From positions 1-40,543 of IMG/VR virus record IMGVR_UViG_3300045988_142036: a DNA stretch of 40,543 bases. One strand, 5' to 3'. Each line of letters opens with the position of its first letter. Position 1 is the stretch's first letter. The notes under the pieces are model-generated. The model was not told where the DNA came from. It made no database searches and saw nothing but the letters and a program-made list of their open reading frames with translations. The stretch is from a virus. Of this stretch, positions 1 to 8,356 are shown piece by piece. A program made the translations under genes and the position numbers.

Positions 1-55
1 AATTGCAACCTAAGTTATTTTAAATACTCATTCATTCTTTGTCTTATGCCCTCGC
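1..55. repeat. Terminal direct repeat, left copy (identical to 40489..40543)
   Basis: aattgcaacctaagttattttaaatactcattcattctttgtcttatgccctcgc occurs at both window ends. It contains the last 23 nt of the 871-aa gene. Confidence 0.97.
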
Positions 56-98
56 TTGTACTTGGCGTGTAATGTTAAGGAGAGGGCTTAGGGCAAAG
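37..98 (+). terminator. Long imperfect hairpin after the helicase-MTase gene (possible terminator or structured element)
   Basis: ctttgtcttatgccctc (37-53) pairs with gagggcttagggcaaag (82-98). Pairing is 17 positions with G-U pairs and one mismatch, followed by ttt. Confidence 0.3.
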
Positions 99-136
99 TT
101 TAAAAAACAATTACGTTCATTAAAATATAGAAACAT

Positions 137-892
137 ATGGAAAGAGAAAGTTTTGTCTTTTACAGGAGCTTTTATGAAGGGATAAAGGAACTGCCGAGAG
201 ATATTCAGGGAGAAGTGCTTACAGCCATAATGGAGTATGGCTTAAACGGAGTAACAACTGAAAATCAGAAGCCGATAACAAAAGCGATGTTTGCCCTTAT
301 AAAACCTCAATTAGACGCTAATAATCAAAGGTTTGAGAATGGAAAAAGAGGAGGTCGTCCAAAAGCGGACTGTAACCAAACAGAAACCGAAACAAAACCA
401 AACCGAAACCAAACCATAACCAAACTGAAACCAAACCATAACCAAACTAAAACCAAACCCGAACCTAATGTAAATGATAATGTAAATGATAATGATATTT
501 CTTTTTTTCTAAAAAAGAAACAAAAAAGCGACGTCGCGGTTTCTGATTTGGAAAATGAAAATTCAGAATCTCCCTTAGAGACCCTTCAAACTCCAAAAGA
601 GCAAAGCGGCGGTGGGCGAAAGCGGTTCACCATACCAACTCCTGAAGAAGTGCAGGCTTATTGTGATGAACGCAAGAATGGTATTTTAGGGCAACAATTT
701 TGCGACTTTTACAGTTCCAAAGGTTGGAAGATTGGAAAAGAGCCGATGAAAGATTGGAAGGCAGCAGTGCGTACATGGGAGATGCGAAGAAAAGACCAAT
801 CACCCTCTATAACGCAACAAGTACAAGCACCTGTAACCACAGCCCCTAAGCGCATTCGCTTTAATGAGAATGGTGAAGAAATTATCTATTAA
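137..892 (+). CDS. Replication organiser/initiator-like protein
   Basis: The N-terminus FYRSFYEGIKELP...NGKRGGRPK resembles the DUF6291-type phage domain. The C-terminus PTPEEVQAYC..FYSSKGWKIG..DWKAAVRTWE resembles the conserved phage C-terminal domain of replisome organisers. The gene lies directly upstream of DnaB, and its central low-complexity linker is encoded by iteron-like repeats. Confidence 0.6.
   Translation: MERESFVFYRSFYEGIKELPRDIQGEVLTAIMEYGLNGVTTENQKPITKAMFALIKPQLDANNQRFENGKRGGRPKADCNQTETETKPNRNQTITKLKPNHNQTKTKPEPNVNDNVNDNDISFFLKKKQKSDVAVSDLENENSESPLETLQTPKEQSGGGRKRFTIPTPEEVQAYCDERKNGILGQQFCDFYSSKGWKIGKEPMKDWKAAVRTWEMRRKDQSPSITQQVQAPVTTAPKRIRFNENGEEIIY
374..465. repeat. Iteron-like AACCAAAC-type repeats, including an exact 22-bp tandem duplication (405-426, 427-448)
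   Basis: gaaaccaaaccataaccaaact occurs twice in tandem, flanked by degenerate aaccaaac/aaccgaaac units. A 12-bp tandem aatgtaaatgat x2 (467-490) and an A/T-rich tract to about 535 follow. Confidence 0.85.
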
Positions 893-904
893 AAATTATT
901 TAAA

Positions 905-2284
905 ATGGAATTTAAACCAAAACCCAACAACCTTGATTTAGAAGAAGTGGTACTCGGAGGAATGCTTAGTATGCAAAGAGGTGTAGCCGCTTTTGTAGAA
1001 ATAGTAAAAGACACAAATGTTTTTTATGATCCAAAAAATGCCATAATCTATGAAGCTATTCTGTCTTTGTACAAGTTATCTCAAGGAGTAGACCTACTGA
1101 CTGTTAGTAATTACTTAAGGAAAGAGGGAAAACTTGAAGAAATAGGTGGTAGCGCTCACCTTGCCTTTCTTACTCAAAGAGTTTCTTCTACTGCTTTTAT
1201 TGAATATCATGCTCTAATTCTATTAGAATTATACGTTAAGCGAAAAAGCATTGATGTAGGTTATCAGCTTGTGGAGAAATCCTATGAAGATGGTGTTGAT
1301 GTTTTTGAAATATTGGATTATTCCTACAAAGAGCTTGATAAGGTCTCTGATTGGTTGTCTATCAAACAGCCCAAGGAAATTGGAGATTACTTGACAGAAG
1401 TCCTTAAACCCAAATCTGAGCGTGCAGGCGTCCCTACTGCTGTACGGGATATAAACCTTAAACTCAATGGCTACCAACCGAGTGACCTTGTCATTATAGC
1501 AGGGCGCCCTGCCATGGGAAAGACAGCATACGCTCTTAGTGATGCTCTACATCAAGCACGATTAGGCTACCCAGTAGGAATATTCTCCCTTGAGATGAGC
1601 GCACGACAACTAACAGCAAGGCTTTTTGCCAATTACTCAGGGATAGATAGTAACAAGTTGGCATTTGGCTCACTTACACAAAGTGAATATGATGTCGCTG
1701 CGGAGCTTAGGAGTTCTTTCTCAAAGCTGCCTTTATACATTGACGATGAACCTTTCCTTACTCTTTTGTCTTTAAAAATCAAAGCAAAAAAATGGGTTAG
1801 AGAAAAGGGAGTGAAGGTTATATACATTGATTACCTACAACTCATTAGCAATAATCAAAAGGGCCGCACACGAGACCAAGAAATTAGCGAAATATCCCGT
1901 ACCCTCAAGGGATTGGCTAAGGAGTTAGACATACCAATCGTTGCCTTATCCCAGCTATCCCGCGGGGTTGAAACACGAGGAGATAAACGCCCCATGCTTT
2001 CAGACCTCAGAGAATCGGGAGCCATAGAGCAGGATGCTGACAATGTACTATTCCTCTATCGTCCTGAATACTATGGCATACCACAATGGGAGGACGGATC
2101 ACCTACAGCCAATGAAGTAGAGGTTATCATTTCAAAGTTTCGCAACGGCACAACAGGAGGAATAATTACAGGATGTCAGCTACAGTACATGCGCTTTTTT
2201 GAACGAGGAGGAAACGTAAGCATGAATATTCATCAAGAAAATAATTTACCAAAAATTGACCCTAAAAATAGCACACCTTTTTAA
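905..2284 (+). CDS. dnaB: Replicative DNA helicase DnaB
   Basis: 459 aa with Walker A GRPAMGKTAYAL, Walker B VIYIDYLQL, and SQLSR/RESGAIEQDADNVLFLYRPEYY motifs. Confidence 0.93.
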   Translation: MEFKPKPNNLDLEEVVLGGMLSMQRGVAAFVEIVKDTNVFYDPKNAIIYEAILSLYKLSQGVDLLTVSNYLRKEGKLEEIGGSAHLAFLTQRVSSTAFIEYHALILLELYVKRKSIDVGYQLVEKSYEDGVDVFEILDYSYKELDKVSDWLSIKQPKEIGDYLTEVLKPKSERAGVPTAVRDINLKLNGYQPSDLVIIAGRPAMGKTAYALSDALHQARLGYPVGIFSLEMSARQLTARLFANYSGIDSNKLAFGSLTQSEYDVAAELRSSFSKLPLYIDDEPFLTLLSLKIKAKKWVREKGVKVIYIDYLQLISNNQKGRTRDQEISEISRTLKGLAKELDIPIVALSQLSRGVETRGDKRPMLSDLRESGAIEQDADNVLFLYRPEYYGIPQWEDGSPTANEVEVIISKFRNGTTGGIITGCQLQYMRFFERGGNVSMNIHQENNLPKIDPKNSTPF

Positions 2285-2285
2285 A

Positions 2286-2687
2286 ATGAAAAGTACAAAA
2301 TTTATAACAGAACTCAGAGCCCGCGGACTACAAATCACAGAGAAGGAAGCCAAATATCTCATGGAGATAGCCGTTGCTGATTATCGTGAAAATCAAGTAA
2401 AACCAATCCTTAAGCGGGAGAACATGGCGCATTATCTCATATTAGCCTTGGCCTTTTGTGATGCTACCCACGAGCTAATGTGTATGGTGGATGAAAGCAA
2501 TCTAAAATACAAGTTCAAAAGCAACTTCAAGAATGTGAAAAAGTACAACGGAGAAGTAGTAGAAGAGTTCAACAAACTCAACAAGGAGGACACTCCACTA
2601 CTGAACGCTTTCAGAGCCTATGCAGATGATATTTCAGAGTTGGTATATGTACATTTAGACGGAATTAATAACAGACAAAGCAAATGA
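2286..2687 (+). CDS. Hypothetical early protein
   Basis: The ORF-track start at 2256 overlaps dnaB. The ATG at 2286 (MKSTKF), 2 nt after the dnaB stop, is preferred. The stop overlaps the next start (ATGA). Confidence 0.6.
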   Translation: MKSTKFITELRARGLQITEKEAKYLMEIAVADYRENQVKPILKRENMAHYLILALAFCDATHELMCMVDESNLKYKFKSNFKNVKKYNGEVVEEFNKLNKEDTPLLNAFRAYADDISELVYVHLDGINNRQSK

Positions 2688-2992
2688 AAAAACAAACTAA
2701 CACCCCATTAAGAGCCTTTGAGGTAGCCGTAGATAGACTGCTCATGGAATTTTGTGAAAAGCACGATTTCACTTATGAATTTTCCGTGGGGGAAGATAGT
2801 ATTGACATATTTAGTATATCCAACTACTTCTTCAGTCTCTCGGATATATACTTTGACCTTAAGAGCAATCAACCCAAAGGGAGGATCATACAATGGTACG
2901 ATTACCTTCTTGATAATGAAGTAGAGATTAGTTATTATGCCTATTGCAAGGGCTTGAGAAAGGAACAATTAAGTAAAAAGCAAAACGATTAA
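2684..2992 (+). CDS. Hypothetical early protein
   Basis: 102-aa ORF coupled by an ATGA overlap to the upstream gene. Confidence 0.6.
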   Translation: MKKQTNTPLRAFEVAVDRLLMEFCEKHDFTYEFSVGEDSIDIFSISNYFFSLSDIYFDLKSNQPKGRIIQWYDYLLDNEVEISYYAYCKGLRKEQLSKKQND

Positions 2993-3004
2993 AATTTATA
3001 AAAC

Positions 3005-3158
3005 AATGAAAACAATCCAAGAACTCGTCCCACTTATCCAAGAGTGGGCAAAAGAAAGGGGCACAACCTTAGAAGCCTGTCTGAACATCGCTTACAACGA
3101 AATCAAAAACAGAACAGGAAAAATGATTAACGGTAAATTTGTGAAAGATGAAAAATAA
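3005..3158 (+). pseudogene. MazG-like NTP pyrophosphohydrolase remnant (internally deleted and frameshifted at a G5 run)
   Basis: The ATG at 3005 gives MKTIQELVPLIQEWAKERG. After the G5 run (3057-3061) the +1 frame reads TTLEACLNIAYNEIKNRTGKMINGKFVKDEK*. These match the N- and C-terminal helices of phage MazG-like proteins, but the metal-binding core is absent. Confidence 0.4.
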
Positions 3159-3405
3159 TAAAACTATAGGAAAGCTCTCTTTTGAGATAAAAGACAAAGG
3201 GAATAATATACATAGTCTTGAGATAACATCAGGATTAAATAACACACAAATAGATGTGCTAACAGATATATTCTGTCAGAGCCATAAAGGAGAACACGGA
3301 GAAGCCTATCGAAAATTGGTAGAAGAGACATTAGACACATTAGCTAAAATTCTCTACTCTTATGACAGAAAATTAAAAGGTGAAAATGTAATTTTTAAAG
3401 ATTAA
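3148..3405 (+). CDS. Hypothetical protein
   Basis: 85-aa ORF in the co-directional early block. Confidence 0.55.
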   Translation: MKNNKTIGKLSFEIKDKGNNIHSLEITSGLNNTQIDVLTDIFCQSHKGEHGEAYRKLVEETLDTLAKILYSYDRKLKGENVIFKD

Positions 3406-3413
3406 AAAAGAAA

Positions 3414-3989
3414 ATGATGCAAATTATAAATAATACAGGAGCCATAATCAAAGAGCAAATAAACTTAGGCGATATTGATAATTTAAATATTGACGATTTA
3501 TTTAAGAATAACACCAGTAAAAAGATGAAAAATAACAACTACCCCACTTGGCTTGTCCCTTTGGAGATAGCCCAACAACTCAAAGAAATAGGTTTTAACG
3601 AATATTGTCCTTTCTTTGTTTATCCAAATGATGACGAAGTTTTTATTTCAGGGACTGTTACTGTAGAAGAAGACTGGTTAGATGAAGACAACTATGGTGA
3701 GGTAATCATAGATTTGTCTATTACCGAATGTGGTAAGTTTAACAAACTCAATTTTCAAACAATCCCTACTTGGGAACAAGTCTTTGAGTGGTTCAGAGAG
3801 AAAGGATATGAAAGTTACATTAGATTAGAGAGTCACGCTCATTTTGATGAGGGTAATTACTATTATTTTGAGATTACAAAGTCTAATCTACGTCAATTAG
3901 ATTGGCAAGGTGATTTTGACGATTACAATGAAGCTCGTGAAGCCCTCGTAAAAGCACTCATACAAACCTATAAAAACGAACAACTATGA
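3414..3989 (+). CDS. Hypothetical protein
   Basis: 191-aa ORF. Its stop overlaps the next start. Confidence 0.65.
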   Translation: MMQIINNTGAIIKEQINLGDIDNLNIDDLFKNNTSKKMKNNNYPTWLVPLEIAQQLKEIGFNEYCPFFVYPNDDEVFISGTVTVEEDWLDEDNYGEVIIDLSITECGKFNKLNFQTIPTWEQVFEWFREKGYESYIRLESHAHFDEGNYYYFEITKSNLRQLDWQGDFDDYNEAREALVKALIQTYKNEQL

Positions 3990-4273
3990 AGATATACCTA
4001 TCGGGCAAAATCAGTGGGACAGACCTTGACTATGTACGTCACCTATTTGACAAGGTAGCCACCACCCTCCGAGCGTTAGGCCACGAGGTCACCAACCCTC
4101 TCTGTAACGGACTATCTGAAACAGACCCATGGGAGGAGCATATGGCAAAGGATATAATAGACCTACTCCAGTGTGAGGGTATCTATATGCTACAAGGTTG
4201 GGAGGATAGCCAGGGGGCAAGAATTGAGCATGCTGTAGCTAAGGAGTTAGGAAAGGCCGTATTTTACGAGTAA
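3986..4273 (+). CDS. DUF4406-like (nucleoside 2-deoxyribosyltransferase-like fold) protein
   Basis: MKIYLSGKISG...GWEDSQGARIEHAVAKELGKAVF matches the pattern I recall for DUF4406. Confidence 0.65.
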   Translation: MKIYLSGKISGTDLDYVRHLFDKVATTLRALGHEVTNPLCNGLSETDPWEEHMAKDIIDLLQCEGIYMLQGWEDSQGARIEHAVAKELGKAVFYE

Positions 4274-4296
4274 TTAACAAATGACAATATAAAATG

Positions 4297-4340
4297 TAAG
4301 CGTGTTTTGCAAGTGTATTTTACACCTGCAAACACGCTTA
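4297..4340 (+). terminator. Hairpin terminator after the early block
   Basis: taagcgtgttttgcaagtg ... cacctgcaaacacgctta forms an inverted repeat, followed by attt. Confidence 0.6.
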
Positions 4341-4364
4341 ATTTCAATTAGTTACATTAAAAAA

Positions 4365-4398
4365 TTTGCTTGTAATTGAAATATATTTTGTATCTTTG
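4365..4398 (+). promoter_or_regulatory. Bacteroidota sigma-A type promoter (-33 TTTG, -7 TATCTTTG)
   Basis: TTTG at 4365-4368 and TATCTTTGCA at 4391-4400. The ATG lies 26 nt downstream. Confidence 0.6.
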
Positions 4399-4423
4399 CA
4401 CTATGAATAATTAACAAATCATC

Positions 4424-4765
4424 ATGCAGAAAGAGAGTGTCCTTCAAACAGCGTGTGTCAAGTGGTTTAGATTACAATATCCTGACCTCATTATATACGC
4501 TGTACCTAATGGAGGTAGTCGCAATGTAAGGGAGGCGCAACGATTGAAAGCAGAGGGAGTGCTGGCAGGGGTAGCTGATTTAGTAGTGCTACTCCCACAA
4601 GGGAAGAGCTTGTATATTGAAATGAAAGTTAAGGGCAATCGTCAAACAGAAAATCAAAAAGCATTCCAAGATAAAGCAATCACACTGGGACACCCTTACA
4701 CTGTGTGCTATTCCTTTGAGGAGTTCAAGAATGCCGTAGAAAGCGCAATTGGGAAAATACAATAA
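4424..4765 (+). CDS. VRR-NUC domain nuclease
   Basis: PNGGSR..AEGVLAGVADLVVLLPQGKSLYIEMKVKGNRQTENQ shows the PD-(D/E)xK arrangement D...E-x-K typical of VRR-NUC. Confidence 0.8.
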   Translation: MQKESVLQTACVKWFRLQYPDLIIYAVPNGGSRNVREAQRLKAEGVLAGVADLVVLLPQGKSLYIEMKVKGNRQTENQKAFQDKAITLGHPYTVCYSFEEFKNAVESAIGKIQ

Positions 4766-4812
4766 TTCAAAAAATTATATACAATAATCATTGTTAAATT
4801 ATATATCCAACT

Positions 4813-5385
4813 ATGATAAGGATAAAACCAAGTAAGAGAAACACAAACAAACATACTGAAAAAGGCATGCAACTGCTCAGCAGTTCTATTGAGGAGGTTG
4901 GAGTGATTGAGAGTATATCAGTAACCAAACAAGGCACGATTATATCAGGACATGCCCGTAAGGAAAAGTTTGACGAAAAGGGACTTGTACCGAAGGAGAT
5001 AACACTCGCCGAGAACGAATATCCTGTAATTGTGCGTAGTGATATAGAGGACAACACAGATACCTACTACAAGGCGCAAATATTAGCAAACACTACGGCA
5101 CATCAAAACTACAACCTTGACATTGAGGAGGTAGAAGCGATAGCAGATGAGTATGAGTTTGAGTTAGAAGAATTAGGTATAGAGATTGAAGAAAAGGATA
5201 TAAACTATTCAGAAGATAGTTTTAATGAAGATGAACTGATAGACGATTCAAGAAACAAACCTGCAATTATGAAAATCACTTTTGAAAATGTAGAACAATT
5301 ACAAAAGGCAGAAGCTGATATTACAGAATTAATTGATAGAAAATATAAAGGGGCTTACTTTTCTGTAAGTTGTGGTGAATTATGA
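4813..5385 (+). CDS. ParB/Srx-like N-terminal domain protein with acidic C-terminal half
   Basis: KPSKRNTNKHTEKGMQLLSSSIEEVGVIESISVTKQGTIISGHARKEKF fits the ParB N-domain pattern (NpR..., L..SI...G, GhaR). Confidence 0.65.
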   Translation: MIRIKPSKRNTNKHTEKGMQLLSSSIEEVGVIESISVTKQGTIISGHARKEKFDEKGLVPKEITLAENEYPVIVRSDIEDNTDTYYKAQILANTTAHQNYNLDIEEVEAIADEYEFELEELGIEIEEKDINYSEDSFNEDELIDDSRNKPAIMKITFENVEQLQKAEADITELIDRKYKGAYFSVSCGEL

Positions 5386-6008
5386 GATTAGAATTAGCAA
5401 GCAATAAAGCGATAAAATATAGTTGTTTGAATTTTCACTATGCAAAATCAGTACCAGTGAATACATTTGCTTATTCAGTATTTAACGATAATAACGAATG
5501 GTGTGGTTGTGTAGTATTTGGAACGGGCAGTAATAATAATATTGGTTCAGAATATAATCTAAAACAAGGACAAATCATAGAACTTGTAAGAATGGCACTT
5601 AATGGGAAACAAGAAACCACATCACAAGTATTAGCAAAAGCAATTAAGAAAGTAAAAAAAGACGTCCCTTTGTGCAAAATGATAGTCTCTTATGCTGATA
5701 TTGACCAATCGCACAAGGGAATTATATATCAAGCCACTAATTGGTACTTTGTAGGAAAGGTTTATGAAAATAAAACTGATAGCAGTTGGATCATCAATGG
5801 CAAGCGTATTCACGGGCGTAGGATTTCAGATATTATAAAGCAAAAAGGAGGTTTAAAAGGAATATCAAGAAAAGACTTTATACTGAAATATTTAGACAAT
5901 AACGCAACTGAATATATTACAAAAGGCAAAATAAAGTATTTATACCCTTTATGTAAGGAAATGAAAAGACTTTGTGAAACAATAAAAAAACCTTATTCAG
6001 AAATATGA
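5382..6008 (+). CDS. Mom-like (GNAT-fold) DNA adenine modification protein, tentative
   Basis: The motifs LNFHYAKSVP..CGCVVFGTG..IIELVRMAL..MIVSYADIDQSHKGIIYQATNWYFVGK..INGKRIHGRR match the motif series I recall for the Mom family. The gene is visibly more A+T-rich than its flanks. Confidence 0.5.
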   Translation: MRLELASNKAIKYSCLNFHYAKSVPVNTFAYSVFNDNNEWCGCVVFGTGSNNNIGSEYNLKQGQIIELVRMALNGKQETTSQVLAKAIKKVKKDVPLCKMIVSYADIDQSHKGIIYQATNWYFVGKVYENKTDSSWIINGKRIHGRRISDIIKQKGGLKGISRKDFILKYLDNNATEYITKGKIKYLYPLCKEMKRLCETIKKPYSEI

Positions 6009-6466
6009 ATAACACCCCGAAACATAGACAACAATGGATATTAGAGGAACTCAAAAAGTCTCCTCTATTGTCGTATGGGGAGATGTGGGGTAAATATGAA
6101 GTAAAGTGGGGTAAAGGTAAAACTACCTTTGATAAAGACTGGAAACAAGCCCAAAAACAACTACAAGAGTGGCAAAATTCAATCAATGCAGAGGTAGCGA
6201 AACAAGTGGTAAGCGCAGAGGTAGAGGCGCGAAAAAAGGACATAATGCAGAAGGTTGATGTCCTTAAATTCCTATCCGATGTGATAAGGGGCAAAGGGAG
6301 AGATATTGACGGGGAGAAGTTTTTTCCCTCCTATCGGGAGCGTATCTCAGCGGCGGCACAACTGGCCAAAATGGAGGGTTGGGAAGCTCCGATAAAGCAG
6401 GAGGTGAAGGGCGACTTCAGTGTAACAGAAGTTAAGATCGTATGGGAGGGCGAGCCTGATGTTTAG
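6005..6466 (+). CDS. terS: Terminase small subunit (positional/tentative)
   Basis: 153 aa, immediately upstream of and overlapping TerL. The C-terminal RERISAAAQLAKMEGWEAP resembles TerS C-termini. Confidence 0.5.
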   Translation: MNNTPKHRQQWILEELKKSPLLSYGEMWGKYEVKWGKGKTTFDKDWKQAQKQLQEWQNSINAEVAKQVVSAEVEARKKDIMQKVDVLKFLSDVIRGKGRDIDGEKFFPSYRERISAAAQLAKMEGWEAPIKQEVKGDFSVTEVKIVWEGEPDV

Positions 6467-7796
6467 TATTAACATCTATCCGAATAGGAAGCAGTACGAG
6501 TGCTTGAGGGCTTGGAACAACCAGCATACAGAGGAGATACTATACGGAGGGGCAAAGGGAGGAGGTAAGTCCTTCATTGGCTGTTCTATCATATTAGCCG
6601 ATGCGATGATGTATGCAGGAACGCATTACTTCATCGCTCGTAAGCAATTGAACGACTTGAGAAAATTTACCATTCCGAGCATTCATGAGGTGCTTAACCT
6701 ATGGGGACTACCAGCAGATGCATGGAGGTACAATGGGCAGGATAATTACTTTGAGATGTATAACGGCTCTAAGATATTCCTTTTGGATTGTAAGTACCTA
6801 CCGAGCGACCCTCAATATCAGCGTTTTGGCTCTATGCAGATGACGAGGGGTTGGATTGAGGAAGGCGGGGAATTTGAGTTTGACAGCTATTCCAATCTGA
6901 AAATATCTATTGGGCGTTGGAAGAACAAGGAGTATAATCTGAAAGGGAAACTACTGATAACGGCTAACCCCTCCAAGAATTTTCTGTATAAGGAGTTTTA
7001 CCAGCCTTACAAATCGGGTACATTGGAGCAGTGGAAAGCGTTCATACAAGCATTGCCATACGATAATAAGATGTTACCCAAGGCATATATTGAGAACTTG
7101 GAGCGTACATTGAGGGGAGCTGAGAAGCAGCGGCTATTACACGGGTTATGGGAGTATGATGATGATCCAACGGCTCTTTGTGATTATGATAAGATACTGG
7201 CTATATTTGAGAATGACCAAATACTCGCAGACAAGGAAACGTACCTGACAGCAGATATTGCACGTTTTGGCTCTGACTTATGTGTTATAGGCGTGTGGAG
7301 GGGCTGGGAGCTGATAGAGATACATACATTAGCTATATCAGCAATGACAGAGGTACAAGGGCTTATACACACTCTTAGAATGAAACATAGCATACCCAAG
7401 GGGAATTGTATCGCAGATGAGGATGGTGTGGGTGGTGGTGTAGTTGATAATACAGGTATCATTGGCTTTAAAAACAATGGATCCCCGATTGAGGAGAATG
7501 GACAAACTACCAATTATAAAAATTTGCAAACACAATGCCTATATAAGTTAGCAGAGCGTATCAATAACAATGGTATCTACATTAGTGCAGAGCTGTCAGA
7601 GAGGACAAGGGAGCGTATTGTTGAGGAGTTGGAGCAAATCAAAAGTGATAACAAGGACGGGCAAAAGCTATCTGTGATTAACAAGGATACAGTGAAGCAG
7701 CACATAGGACGAAGCCCTGACTATAGGGACATGCTACTGATGAGAGAGTATTTTGACCTGAAACCAAAAAAGACATTTAAACCAATATTCAGATGA
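6459..7796 (+). CDS. terL: Terminase large subunit
   Basis: Walker A YGGAKGGGKS, and a nuclease-domain LTADIARFGSD..GVGGGVVD pattern. 445 aa. Confidence 0.9.
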   Translation: MFSINIYPNRKQYECLRAWNNQHTEEILYGGAKGGGKSFIGCSIILADAMMYAGTHYFIARKQLNDLRKFTIPSIHEVLNLWGLPADAWRYNGQDNYFEMYNGSKIFLLDCKYLPSDPQYQRFGSMQMTRGWIEEGGEFEFDSYSNLKISIGRWKNKEYNLKGKLLITANPSKNFLYKEFYQPYKSGTLEQWKAFIQALPYDNKMLPKAYIENLERTLRGAEKQRLLHGLWEYDDDPTALCDYDKILAIFENDQILADKETYLTADIARFGSDLCVIGVWRGWELIEIHTLAISAMTEVQGLIHTLRMKHSIPKGNCIADEDGVGGGVVDNTGIIGFKNNGSPIEENGQTTNYKNLQTQCLYKLAERINNNGIYISAELSERTRERIVEELEQIKSDNKDGQKLSVINKDTVKQHIGRSPDYRDMLLMREYFDLKPKKTFKPIFR

Positions 7797-8356
7797 CATT
7801 ACTACAATATCTACTCATGCCAGCCGAAAGGCAAAGGGAAATCACTCTTATCTTAGAGGTGATGAAGCCTTTGCCTTTCTTTTATCGTGGCTTATGGTGG
7901 TGGAAGAAAAGGCATGGAGTGGAACGATTGACAGACCTCACATGGGGTGAGGTGCGAGCGGTGATTGACCTGTTGTTAGGCAGTGGGGAGCTTCCTCAAG
8001 TGATAGAGGCTTTCAGATTGGTGTATAAGATAAAGCACCCAGCGAGAATGAATGTGTATCGCTTTTATGCTTGCATCAAGCACCTAACGAATGAAGTACA
8101 GCGAGTGATTGAGCAGGAGCAGCGAGCACTACAAGGAGAGCCAAGCCCTTACGAAGCTCAATTACAGCAGGCTGGGGTGGAGCAATTGCAGCCTTTCAGA
8201 GATTTGGCAATCATAGACACATTGGCACAAGGGGATATATTGAGGTATGAGCAGGTAGAGGCATTGCCTTATGATGTGGTATTTTACACCCTCTATTACA
8301 GAACAGTAAGGCAGAATATAGACAACAGATTTCAACAAATAATGACAAAGAAATGA
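7793..8356 (+). CDS. Hypothetical protein
   Basis: 187-aa ORF coupled by overlaps on both sides. Confidence 0.6.
   Translation: MTLLQYLLMPAERQREITLILEVMKPLPFFYRGLWWWKKRHGVERLTDLTWGEVRAVIDLLLGSGELPQVIEAFRLVYKIKHPARMNVYRFYACIKHLTNEVQRVIEQEQRALQGEPSPYEAQLQQAGVEQLQPFRDLAIIDTLAQGDILRYEQVEALPYDVVFYTLYYRTVRQNIDNRFQQIMTKK

Noticed and set aside
2256-2285. Upstream start at 2256 for the gene after dnaB
   Set aside because: It would overlap the dnaB C-terminus by 29 nt. The ATG at 2286 directly follows the dnaB stop and gives a typical MK... N-terminus.
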